Source: the human T2T-CHM13v2.0 reference genome, Homo sapiens. Taken from it: a stretch of 64,000 nt of DNA. The stretch's first letter is position 1; every line of letters begins with the position of its first letter. The position numbers and the translations under genes were made by a program. The notes under the pieces are model-generated. The model was not told the DNA's origin, did not search any database, and worked only from the letters and a program-made list of their open reading frames with translations. Shown here piece after piece: positions 1 to 12,093 of the stretch. The DNA is taken from the NCBI RefSeq assembly GCF_009914755.1, contig NC_060926.1, one strand, 5' to 3'.

Positions 1-64
1 GAGAGCAGGTTTGAAACACTCTTTTTGTAGTATCTGGATGTGGACATTTGGAGCGCTTTCAGGC

Positions 65-81
65 CTATGGTGAAAAAGGAA
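65..81 (+). promoter_or_regulatory. pJalpha-type site in the monomers alternating with CENP-B-box monomers (first example)
   Basis: CTATGGTGAAAAAGGAA matches the pJalpha consensus CTAYGGTGRAAAAGGAA. It lies one monomer (171 bp) before the CENP-B box at 236, in the equivalent position. Confidence 0.85.
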
Positions 82-235
82 ATATCTTCCCCTGAAAACT
101 AGACAGAAGCATTCTCAGAATCTTATTTGTGATGTGCGCCCTCAACTAACAGTGTTGAAGCTTTCTTTTGATAGAGCAGTTTTGAAACACTCTTTTTGTA
201 AAATCTGCAAGAGGATATTTGGAAAGCTTTGAGGA

Positions 236-252
236 TTTCGTTGGAAACGGGA
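236..252 (+). promoter_or_regulatory. CENP-B box (first of roughly 188 expected from the ~340-bp spacing)
   Basis: TTTCGTTGGAAACGGGA matches the consensus NTTCGNNNNANNCGGGN. It recurs at 577, 919, 1257, 1599, 1937, 2275, 2617, 2955, 3293, 3631, 3973, 4311, 4653 and onward. The total is estimated from 64000/340, not counted. Confidence 0.98.
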
Positions 253-918
253 TTGTCTTCATATAAACTCTAGACAGAAGCATTCTCAGAAGCTTCATTG
301 GCATGTTTCAATTGAAGTCACAGTGTTGAACAGTCCCTTTCATAGAGCAGGTTTGAAACACTCTTTTTGTAGTATCTGGAAGTGGACATTTGGAGCGCTC
401 TCAGGACTACGGTGAAAAAGGAAATATCTTCCAATAAAAGCTAGACAGAAGCAATGTCAGAAACTTTTTCATGATGTATCTACTCAGCTAACAGAGTTGA
501 ACCTTCCTTTGAGAGAGCAGTTTTGAAACACTCTTTTTGTGGAATCTGCAAGTGGATATTTGTCTAGCTTTGAGGATTTCGTTGGAAACGGGATTGTCTT
601 CATATAAACTCTAGACAGAAGCATTCTCAGAAGCTTCATTGGGATGTTTCAATTGAAGTCACAGTGTTGAACAGTTCGTTTCATAGAACAGGTTTGAAAC
701 ACTCTTTTTGTAGTATCTGGAAGTGGACATTTGGAGCGCTCTCAGTACTACGGTGAAAAAGGAAATATCTTCCAATAAAAGCTACATAGAAGCAATGTCA
801 GAAACTTTTTCATGATGTATCTACTCAGCTAACAGAGTTGAACCTTTCCTTTGAGAGAGCAGTTTTGAAACACTCTTTTTGTGGAATCTGCAAGTGGATA
901 TTTGTCTAGCTTTGAGGA

Positions 919-1598
919 TTTCGTTGGAAACGGGATTACATATAAAAAGCAGACAGCAGCATTCCCAGTAACTTCTTTGTGATGTTTGCATTCAAGTCAC
1001 AGAGTTGAACATTCCCTTTCATAGAGCAGGTTTGAAACACTCTTTTTGTAGTATCTGGATGTGGACATTTGGAGCGCTTTCAGGCCTATGGTGAAAAAGG
1101 AAATATCTTCCCCTGAAAACTAGACAGAAGCATTCTCAGAAACTTATTTGTGATGTGCGCCCTCAACTAACAGTGTTGAAGCTTTCTTTTGATAGAGCAG
1201 TTTTGAAACACTCTTTTTGTAATATCTGCAAGAGGATATTTGGATAGCTTTGAGGATTTCGTTGGAAACGGGATTGTCTTCATATAAACTCTAGACAAAA
1301 GCATTCTCAGAAGCTTCATTGGGATGTTTCAATTGAAGTCACAGTGTTGAACAGTTCCTTTCATAGAACAGGTTTGAAACACTCTTTTTGTAGTATCTGG
1401 AAGTGGACATTTGGAGCGCTCTCAGGACTATGGTGAAAAAGGAAATATCTTCCAATAAAAGCTACATAGAAGCAATGTCAGAAACTTTTTCATGATGTAT
1501 CTACTCAGCTAACAGAGTTGAACCTTTCCTTTGAGAGAGCAGTTTTGAAACACTCTTTTTGTGGAATCTGCAAGTGGATATTTGTCTAGCTTTGAGGA
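919..1598 (+). repeat. Example canonical 680-bp tetramer (C-D-A-B, measured between CENP-B boxes)
   Basis: CENP-B boxes start at 919, 1257 and 1599 (spacings 338 and 342). The sequence after 919 and after 1599 is the same C-type monomer. Confidence 0.93.
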
Positions 1599-4500
1599 TT
1601 TCGTTGGAAACGGGATTACATATAAAAAGCAGACAGCAGCATTCCCAGTAACTTCTTTGTGATGTTTGCATTCAAGTCACAGAGTTGAACATTCCCTTTC
1701 ATAGAGCAGGTTTGAAACACTCTTTTTGTAGTATCTGGATGTGGACATTTGGAGCGCTTTCAGGCCTATGGTGAAAAAGGATATATCTTCCCCTGAAAAC
1801 TAGACAGAAGCATTCTCAGAAACTTATTTGTGATGTGCGCCCTCAACTAACAGTGTTGAACCTTTCTTTTGATAGAGCAGTTTTGAAACACTCTTTTTGT
1901 AATATCTGCAAGAGGATATTTGGATAGCTTTGAGGATTTCGTTGGAAACGGGATTACATATAAAAAGCAGACAGCAGCATTCCCAGAATCTTGTTTGTGA
2001 TGTTTGCATTCAAGTCACAGAGTTGAACATTCCCTTTCAGAGAGCAGGTTTGAAACACTCTTTTTATAGTATCTGGATGTGGACATTTGGAGCGCTTTCA
2101 GGCCTATGGTGAAAAAGGAAATATCTTCTCCTGTAAACTAGACAGAAGCATTCTCAGAATCTTATTTGTGATGTGCGCCCTCAACTAACAGTGTTGAAGC
2201 TTTCTTTTGATAGAGCAGTTTTGAAACACTCTTTTCGTAAAATCTGCAAGAGGATATTTGGATAGCTTTGAGGATTTCGTTGGAAACGGGATTGTCTTCA
2301 TATAAACTCTAGACAGAAGCATTCTCAGAAGCTTCATTGGGATGTTTCAATTGAAGTCACAGTGTTGAACAGTCCCTTTCATAGAGCAGGTTTGAAACAC
2401 TCTTTTTGTAGTATCTGGAAGTGGACATTTGGAGAGATCTCAGGAATACGGTGATAAAGGAAATATCTTCCAATAAAAGCTAGATAGAAGCAATGTCAGA
2501 AACTTTTTCATGATGTATCTACTCAGCTAACAGAGTTGAACCTTTCTTTTGAGAGAGCAGTTTTGAAACACTCTTTTTGTGGAATCTGCAAGTGGATATT
2601 TGGATAGCTTTGAGGATTTCGTTGGAAACGGGATTACATATAAAAAGCAGACAGCAGCATTCCCAGTAACTTCTTTGTGATGTTTGCATTCAAGTCACAG
2701 AGTTGAACATTGCCTTTCATAGAGCAGGTTTGAAACACTCTTTTTGTAGTATCTGGATGTGGACATTTGGAGCGCTTTCAGGCCTATGGTGAAAAAGGAA
2801 ATATCTTCCCCTGAAAACTAGACAGAAGCATTCTCAGAATCTTATTTGTGATGTGCGCCCTCAACTAACAGTGTTGAAGCATTCTTTGGATAGAGCAGTT
2901 TTGAAACACTCTTTTTGTGGAATCTGCAAGTGGATATTTGTCTAGCTTTGAGGATTTCGTTGGAAACGGGATTACATATAAAAAGCAGACAGCAGCATTC
3001 CCAGAAACTTCTTTGTGATGTTTGCATTCACGTCACAGAGTTGAACATTCCTTTTCATAGAGCAGGTTTGAAACACTCTTTTTGTAGTATCTGGATGTGG
3101 ACATTTGGAGCGCTTTCAGGCCAATGGTGAAAAAGGAAATATCTTCCCCTGAAAACTAGACAGAAGCATTCTCAGAAACTTATTTGTGATGTGCGCCCTC
3201 AACTAAGAGTGTGGAAGCTTTCTTTTGATAGAGCAGTTTTGAAACACTCTTTTTGTAATATCTGCAAGAGGATATTTAGATAGCTTTGAGGATTTCGTTG
3301 GAAACGGGATTAATTATAAAAAGCAGATAGCAGCATTCCCAGAATCTTGTTTGTGATGTTTGCATTCAAGTCACAGAGTTGAACATTCCCTTTCAGAGAG
3401 CAGGTTTGAAACACTCTTTTTATAGTATCTGGATGTGGACATTTGGAGCGCTTTCAGGCCTATGGTGAAAAAGGAAATATCTTCTCCTGAAAACTAGACA
3501 GAAGCATTCTCAGAATCTTATTTGTGATGTGCGCCCTCAACTAACAGTGTTGAAGCTTTCTTTTGATAGAGCAGTTTTGAAACACTCTTTTCGTAAAATC
3601 TGCAAGAGGATATTTGGATAGCTTTGAGGATTTCGTTGGAAACGGGATTGTCTTCATATAAACTCTAGACAGAAGCATTCTCAGAAGCTTCATTGGGATG
3701 TTTCAATTGAAGTCACAGTGTTGAACAGTCCCTTTCATAGAGCATGTTTGAAACACTCTTTTTGTAGTATCTGGAAGTGGACATTTGGAGAGATCTCAGG
3801 AATACGGTGATAAAGGTAATATCTTCCAATAAAAGCTAGATAGAAGCAATGTCAGAAACTTTTTCATGATGTATCTACTCAGCTAACAGAGTTGAACCTT
3901 TCTTTTGAGAGAGCAGTTTTGAAACACTCTTTTTGTGGAATCTGCAAGTGGATATTTGTCTAGCTTTGAGGATTTCGTTGGAAACGGGATTACATATAAA
4001 AAGCAGACAGCAGCATTCCCAGTAACTTCTTTGTGATGTTTCCATTCAAGTCACAGAGTTGAACATTCCCTTTCATAGAGCAGGTTTGAAACACTTTTTT
4101 TGTAGTATCTGGATGTGGACATTTGGAGCGCTTTCAGGCCTATGGTGAAAAAGGAAATATATTCCAATAAAAGCTAGATAGAAGCAATGTCAGAAACTTT
4201 TTCATGATGTATCTACTCAGCTAACAGAGTTGAACCTTTCTTTTGAGAGAGCAGTTTTGAAACACTCTTTTTGTAAAATCTGCAAGAGGATATTTGGATA
4301 GCTTTGAGGATTTCGTTGGAAACGGGATTGTCTTCATATAAACTCTAGACAGAAGCATTCTCAGAAGCGTCATTGGGATGTTTCAATTGAAGTCACAGTG
4401 TTGAACAGTCCCTTTCATAGAGCAGGTTTGAAACACTCTTTTTGTAGTATCTGGATGTGGACATTTGGAGCGCTTTCAGGCCTATGGTTTAAAAGGAAAT

Positions 4501-4703
4501 ATCTTCCCCTGAAAACTAGACAGAAGCATTCTCAGAAACTTATTTGTGATGTGCGCCTTCAACTAACAGTGTTGAAGCATTCTTTTGAGAGAGCAGTTTT
4601 GAAACACTCTTTTTGTGGAATCTGCAAGTGGATATTTGTCTAGCTTTGAGGATTTCGTTGGAAACGGGATTACATATAAAAAGCAGACAGCAGCATTCCC
4701 AGA

Positions 4704-7700
4704 AACTTCTTTGTGATGTTTGCATTCAAGTCACAGAGTTGAACATTCCCTTTCATAGAGCAGGTTTGAAACACTCTTTTTGTAGTATCTGGATGTGGAC
4801 ATTTGCAGCGCTTTCAGGCCTAAGGTGAAAAAGGAAATATCTTCCCCTGAAAACTAGACAGAAGCATTCTCAGAAACTTATTTGTGATGTGCGCCCTCAA
4901 CTAACAGTGTTGAAGCTTTCTTTTGATAGAGCAGTTTTGAAACACTCTTTTTGTAATATCTGCAAGAGGATATTTGGATAGCTTTGAGGATTTCGTTGGA
5001 AACGGGATTGTCTTCATATAAACTCTAGACAGAAGCATTCTCAGAAGCTTCGTTGGGATGTTTCAATTGAAGTCACAGTGTTGAACAGTTCCTTTCATAG
5101 AACAGGTTTGAAACACTCTTTTTGTAGTATCTGGAAGTGGACATTTGGAGCGCTCTCAGGACTGCGGTGAAAAAGGATATATCTTCCAATAAAAGCTAGA
5201 TAGAAGCAATGTCAGAAACTTTTTCATGATGTATCTACTCAGCTAACAGAGTTGAACCTTTCCTTTCAGAGAGCAGTTTTGAAACACTCTTTTTGTGGAA
5301 TCTGCAAGTGGATATTTGTCTAGCTTTGAGGATTTCGTTGGAAACGGGATTACATATAAAAAGCAGACAGCAGCATTCCCAGAAACTTCTTTGTGATGTT
5401 TGCATTCACGTCACAGAGTTGAACATTCCCTTTCATAGAGCAGGTTTGAAACACTCTTTTTGTAGTATCTGGATGTGGACATTTGGAGCGCTTTCAGGCC
5501 TATGGTGAAAAAGGAAATATCTTCCCCTGAAAACTAGACAGAAGCATTCTCAGAAACTTATTTGTGATGTGCGCCCTCAACTAACAGTGTTGAACCTTTC
5601 TTTTGATAGAGCAGTTTTGAAACACTCTTTTTGTAATATCTGCAAGAGGATATTTGGATAGCTTTGAGGATTTCGTTGGAAACGGGATTAATTATAAAAA
5701 GCAGACAGCAGCATTCCCAGAATCTTGTTTGTGATGTTTGCATTCAAGTCACAGAGTTGAACATTCCCTTTCAGAGAGCAGGTTTGAAACACTCTTTTTA
5801 TAGTATCTGGATGTGGACATTTGGAGCGCTTTCAGGCCTATGGTGAAAAAGGAAATATCTTCTCCTGAAAACTAGACAGAAACTTTCTCAGAATCTTATT
5901 TGTGATGTGCGCCCTCAACTAACAGTGTTGAAGCTTTCTTTTGATAGAGCAGTTTTGAAACACTCTTTTCGTAAAATCTGCAAGAGGATATTTTGATAGC
6001 TTTGAGGATTTCGTTGGAAACGGGATTGTCTTCATATAAACTCTAGACAGAAGCATTCTCAGAAGCTTCATTGGGATGTTTCAATTGAAGTCACAGTGTT
6101 GAACAGTCCCTTTCATAGAGCAGGTTTGAAACACTCTTTTTGTAGTATCTGGAAGTGGACATTTGGAGAGATCTCAGGAATAAGGTGATAAAGGAAATAT
6201 CTTCCAATAAAAGCTAGATAGAAGCAATGTCAGAAACTTTTTCATGATGTATCTACTCAGCTAACAGAGTTGAACGTTTCTTTTGAGAGAGCAGTTTTGA
6301 AACACTCTTTTTGTGGAATCTGCAAGTGGATATTTGTCTAGCTTTGAGGATTTCGTTGGAAACGGGATTACATATAAAAAGCAGACAGCAGCATTCCCAG
6401 TAACTTCTTTGTGATGTTTGCATTCAAGTCACAGAGTTGAACATTCCCTTTCATAGAGCAGGTTTGAAACACTTTTTTTGTAGTATCTGGATGTGGACAT
6501 TTGGAGCGCTTTCAGGCCTATGGTGAAAAAGGAAATATCTTCCAATAAAAGCTACATAGAAGCAATGTCAGAAACTTTTTCATGATGTATCTACTCAGCT
6601 AACAGAGTTGAACCTTTCTTTTGAGAGAGCAGTTTTGAAACACTCTTTTTGTGGAATCTGGAAGTGGATATTTGTCTAGCTTTGAGGATTTCGTTGGAAA
6701 CGGGATTACATATAAAAAGCAGACAGCAGCATTCCCAGTAACTTCTTTGTGATGTTTGCATTCAAGTCACAGAGTTGAACATTCCCTTTCATAGAGCAGG
6801 TTTGAAACACTCTTTTTGTAGTATCTGGATGTGGACATTTGGAGCGCTTTCAGGCCTATGGTTTAAAAGGAAGTATCTTCCCCTGAAAACTAGACAGAAG
6901 CATTCTCAGAAACTTATTTGTGATGTGCGCCTTCAACTAACAGTGTTGAAGCATTCTTTTGATAGAGCAGTTTTGAAACACTCTTTTTGTGGAATCTGCA
7001 AGTGGATATTTGTCTAGCTTTGAGGATTTCGTTGGAAACGGGATTACATATAAAAAGCAGACAGCAGCATTCCCAGAAACTTCTTTGTGATGTTTGCATT
7101 CAAGTCACAGAGTTGAACATTCCCTTTCAGAGAGCAGGTCTGAAACACTCTTTTTGTAGTATCTGGATGTGGACATTTGGAGCGCTTTCAGGCCTATGGT
7201 GAAAAAGGAAATATCTTCCCCTGAAAACTAGACAGAAGCATTCTCAGAATCTTATTTGTGATGTGCGCCCTCAACTAACAGTGTTGAAGCTTTCTTTTGA
7301 TAGAGCAGTTTTGAAACACTCTTTTTGTAAAATCTGCAAGAGGATATTTGGATAGCTTTGAGGATTTCGTTGGAAACGGGATTGTCTTCATATAAACTCT
7401 AGACAGAAGCATTCTCAGAAGCTTCATTGGGATGTTTCAATTGAAGTCACAGTGTTGAACAGTCCCTTTCATAGAGCAGGTTTGAAACACTCTTTTTGTA
7501 GTATCTGGAAGTGGACATTTGGAGCGCTCTCAGGACTGCGGTGAAAAAGGAACTATCTTCCAATAAAAGCTAGATAGAAGCAATGTCAGAAACTTTTTCA
7601 TGATGTATCTACTCAGCTAACAGAGTTGAACTGAACCTTCCTTTGAGAGAGCAGTTTTGAAACACTCTTTTTGTGGAATCTGCAAGTGGATATTTGTCTA

Positions 7701-8549
7701 GCTTTGAGGATTTCGTTGGAAACGGGATTGTCTTCATATAAACACTAGACAGAAGCATTCTCAGAAGCTTCATTGGGATGTTACAATTGAAGTCACAGTG
7801 TTGAACAGTTCCTTTCATAGAACAGGTTTGAAACACTCTTTTTGTAGTATCTGGAAGTGGACATTTGGAGCGCTCTCAGGACTACGGTGAAAAAGGAAAT
7901 ATCTTCCAATAAAAGCTACATAGAAGCAATGTCAGAAACTTTTTCATGATGTATCTACTCAGCTAACAGAGTTGAACCTTTCCTTTGAGAGAGCAGTTTT
8001 GAAACACTCTTTTTGTGGAATCTGCAAGTGGATATTTGTCTAGCTTTGAGGATTTCGTTGGAAACGGGATTACATATAAAAAGCAGACAGCAGCATTCCC
8101 AGAATCTTCTTTGTGATGTTTGCATTCAAGTCACAGAGTTGAACATTCCCTTTCATAGAGCAGGTTTGAAACACTCTTTTTGTAGTATCTGGATGTGGAC
8201 ATTTGGAGCGCTTTCAGGCCTATGGTGAAAAAGGAAATATCTTCCCCTGAAAACTAGACAGAAGCATTCCTAGAATCTTATTTGTGATGTGCGCCCTCAA
8301 CTAACAGTGTTGAAGCTTTCTTTTGATAGAGCAGTTTTGAAACACTCTTTTTGTAAAATCTGCAAGAGGATATTTGGATAGCTTTGAGGATTTCGTTGGA
8401 AACGGGATTGTCTTCATATAAACTCTAGACAGAAGCATTCTCAGAAGCTTCATTGGGATGTTTCAATTGAAGTCACAGTGTTGAACAGTCCCTTTCATAG
8501 AGCAGGTTTGAAACACTCTTTTTGTAGTATCTGGAAGTGGACATTTGGA
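4704..8549 (+). repeat. ~3.8-kb block duplicated at +47,928 (approx. 52632-56477)
   Basis: Shared rare variants: CTTCGTTGGG (5048/52976), GGAATAAGGTGATA, TGAACGTTTC, AAAAGGAAGTATC, GCAGGTCTGAAAC, the 5-bp duplication TGAACTGAAC (7627/55555) and GATGTTACAATTG. Confidence 0.9.
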
Positions 8550-11384
8550 ACGCTCTCAGGACTGCGGTGAAAAAGGAAATATCTTCCAATAAAAGCTACA
8601 TAGAAGCAATGTCAGAAACTTTTTCATGATGTATCTACTCAGCTAACAGAGTTGAACCTTTCTTTTGAGAGAGCAGTTTTGAAACACTCTTTTTGTAAAA
8701 TCTGCAAGAGGATATTTGGATAGCTTTGAGGATTTCGTTGGAAACGGGATTGTCTTCATATAAACTCTAGACAGAAGCATTCTCAGAAGCGTCATTGGGA
8801 TGTTTCAATTGAAGTCACATTGTTGAACAGTCCCTTTCATAGAGCAGGTTTGAAACACTCTTTTTGTAGTATCTGGATGTGGACATTTGGAGCGCTTTCA
8901 GGCCTATGGTTTAAAAGGAAATATCTTCCCCTGAAAACTAGACAGAAGCATTCTCAGAAACTTATTTGTGATGTGCGCCTTCAACTAACAGTGTTGAAGC
9001 ATTCTTTTGATAGAGCAGTTTTGAAACACTCTTTTTGTGGAATCTGCAAGTGGATATTTGTCTAGCTTTGAGGATTTCGTTGGAAACGGGATTACATATA
9101 AAAAGCAGACAGCAGCATTCCCAGAAACTTCTTTGTGATGTTTGCATTCAAGTCACAGAGTTGAACATTCCCTTTCAGAGAGCAGGTTTGAAACACTCTT
9201 TTTGTAGTATCTGGATGTGGACATTTGGAGCGCTTTCAGCCCTATGGTGAAAAAGGAAATATCTTCCCCTGAAAACTAGACAGAAGCATTCTCAGAATCT
9301 TATTTGTGATGTGCGCCCTCAACTAACAGTGTTGAAGCTTTCTTTTGATAGAGCAGTTTTGAAACACTCTTTTTGTAAAATCTGCAAGAGGATATTTGGA
9401 TAGCTTTGAGGATTTCGTTGGAAACGGGATTGTCTTCATATAAACTCTAGACAGAAGCATTCTCAGAAGCTTCATTGGGATGTTTCAATTGAAGTCACAG
9501 TGTTGAACAGTCCCTTTCATAGAGCAGGTTTGAAACACTCTTTTTGTAGTATCTGGAAGTGGACATTTGGAGCGCTCTCAGGACTGCGGTGAAAAAGGAA
9601 CTATCTTCCAATAAAAGCTAGATAGAAGCAATGTCAGAAACTTTTTCATGATGTATCTACTCAGCTAACAGAGTTGAACCTTTCTTTTGAGAGAGCAGTT
9701 TTGAAACACTCTTTTTGTGGAATCTGCAAGTGGATATTTGTCTAGCTTTGAGGATTTCGTTGGAAACGGGATTACATATAAAAAGCAGACAGCAGCATTC
9801 CCAGAATCTTCTTTGTGATGTTTGCATTCAAGTCACAGAGTTGAACATTCCCTTTCATAGAGCAGGTTTGAAACACTCTTTTTGTAGTATCTGGATGTGG
9901 ACATTTGGAGCGCTTTCAGGCCTATGGTGAAAAAGGAAATATCTTCCCCTGAAAACTAGACAGAAGCATTCTCAGAATCTTATTTGTGATGTGCGCCCTC
10001 AACTAACAGTGTTGAAGCTTTCTTTTGATAGAGCAGTTTTGAAACACTCTTTTTGTAAAATCTGCAAGAGGATATTTGGATAGCTTTGAGGATTTCGTTG
10101 GAAACGGGATTGTCTTCATATAAACTCTAGACAGAAGCATTCTCAGAAGCTTCATTGGGATGTTTCAATTGAAGTCACAGTGTTGAACAGTCCCTTTCAT
10201 AGAGTAGGTTTGAAACACTCTTTTTGTAGTATCTGGAAGTGGACATTTGGAACGCTCTCAGGACTGCGGTGAAAAAGGAAATATCTTCCAATAAAAGCTA
10301 CATAGAAGCAATGTCAGAAACTTTTTCATGATGTATCTACTCAGCTAACAGAGTTGAACCTTTCTTTTGAGAGAGCAGTTTTGAAACACTCTTTTTGTAA
10401 AATCTGCAAGAGGATATTTGGATAGCTTTGAGGATTTCGTTGGAAACGGGATTGTCTTCATATAAACTCTAGACAGAAGCATTCTCAGAAGCGTCATTGG
10501 GATGTTTCAATTGAAGTCACAGTGTTGAACAGTCCCTTTCATAGAGCAGGTTTGAAACACTCTTTTTGTAGTATCTGGATGTGGACATTTGGAGCGCTTT
10601 CAGGCCTATGGTTTAAAAGGAAATATCTTCCCCTGAAAACTAGACAGAAGCATTCTCAGAAACTTATTTGTGATGTGCGCCTTCAACTAACAGTGTTGAA
10701 GCATTCTTTTGATAGAGCAGTTTTGAAACACTCTTTTTGTGGAATCTGCAAGTGGATATTTGTCTAGCTTTGAGGATTTCGTTGGAAACGGGATTACATA
10801 TAAAAAGCAGACAGCAGCATTCCCAGAAACTTCTTTGTGATGTTTGCATTCAAGTCACAGAGTTGAACATTCCCTTTCAGAGAGCAGGTTTGAAACACTC
10901 TTTTTGTAGTATCTGGATGTGGACATTTGGAGCGCTTTCAGCCCTATGGTGAAAAAGGAAATATCTTCCCCTGAAAACTAGACAGAAGCATTCTCAGAAT
11001 CTTATTTGTGATGTGCGCCCTCAACTAACAGTGTTGAAGCTTTCTTTTGATAGAGCAGTTTTGAAACACTCTTTTTGTAAAATCTGCAAGAGGATATTTG
11101 GATAGCTTTGAGGATTTCGTTGGAAACGGGATTGTCTTCATATAAACTCTAGACAGAAGCATTCTCAGAAGCTTCATTGGGATGTTTCAATTGAAGTCAC
11201 AGTGTTGAACAGTCCCTTTCATAGAGCAGGTTTGAAACACTCTTTTTGTAGTATCTGGAAGTGGACATTTGGAGCGCTCTCAGGACTGCGGTGAAAAAGG
11301 AACTATCTTCCAATAAAAGCTAGATAGAAGCAATGTCAGAAACTTTTTCATGATGTATCTACTCAGCTAACAGAGTTGAACCTT
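7984..11384 (+). repeat. Tandem duplication of a 1702-bp (10-monomer) unit, 2 copies
   Basis: Boxes at 8053/8391/8733/9075/9413 repeat from 9755. Shared variants TTCAGCCCTATGG, GGAACGCTCTC and GGAACTATC recur at +1702. ORF-track pairs 8013/9715, 8820/10522 and 9035/10737 all differ by 1702. Confidence 0.9.
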
Positions 11385-12093
11385 CATTTGAGAGAGCAGT
11401 TTTGAAACACTCTTTTCGTGGAATCTGCAAGTGGATATTTGTCTAGCTTTGAGGATTTCGTTGGAAACGGGATTACATATAAAAAGCAGACAGCAGCATT
11501 CCCAGAAACTTCTTTGTGATGTTTGCATTCAAGTCACAGAGTTGAACATTCCCTTTCATAGAGCAGGTTTGAAACACTCTTTTTGTAGTATCTGGATGTG
11601 GACATTTGCAGCGCTTTCAGGCCTAAGGTGAAAAAGGAAATATCTTCCCCTGAAAACTAGACAGAAGCATTCTCAGAAACTTATTTGTGATGTGCGCCCT
11701 CAACTAACAGTGTTGAAGCTTTCTTTTGATAGAGCAGTTTTGAAACACTCTTTTTGTAATATCTGCAAGAGGATATTTGGATAGCTTTGAGGATTTCGTT
11801 GGAAACGGGATTGTCTTCATATAAACTCTAGACAGAAGCATTCTCAGAAGCTTCATTGGGATGTTTCAATTGAAGTCACAGTGTTGAACAGTCCCTTTCA
11901 TAGAGCAGGTTTGAAACACTCTTTTTGTAGTATCTGGAAGTGGACATTTGGAACGCTCTCAGGACTGCGGTGAAAAAGGAAATATCTTCCAATAAAAGCT
12001 AGATAGAAGCAATGTCAGAAACTTTTTCATGATGTATCTACTCAGCTAACAGAGTTGAACCTTTCTTTTGAGAGAGCAGTTTTGAAACACTCG

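Noticed and set aside
431-947. TATA-like (TATAAAA) and polyadenylation-like (AATAAA) motifs
   Set aside because: They are fixed parts of the C and B monomer consensus repeated in every HOR, with no independent evidence of promoter or terminator function.
5048-5064. Apparent extra CENP-B box CTTCGTTGG created by an A>G change in monomer A (also 47198, 52976)
   Set aside because: Only the 5' half matches. CTTCGTTGGGATGTTTC lacks the core A at position 10 and the CGGG, so it is not a predicted binding site.
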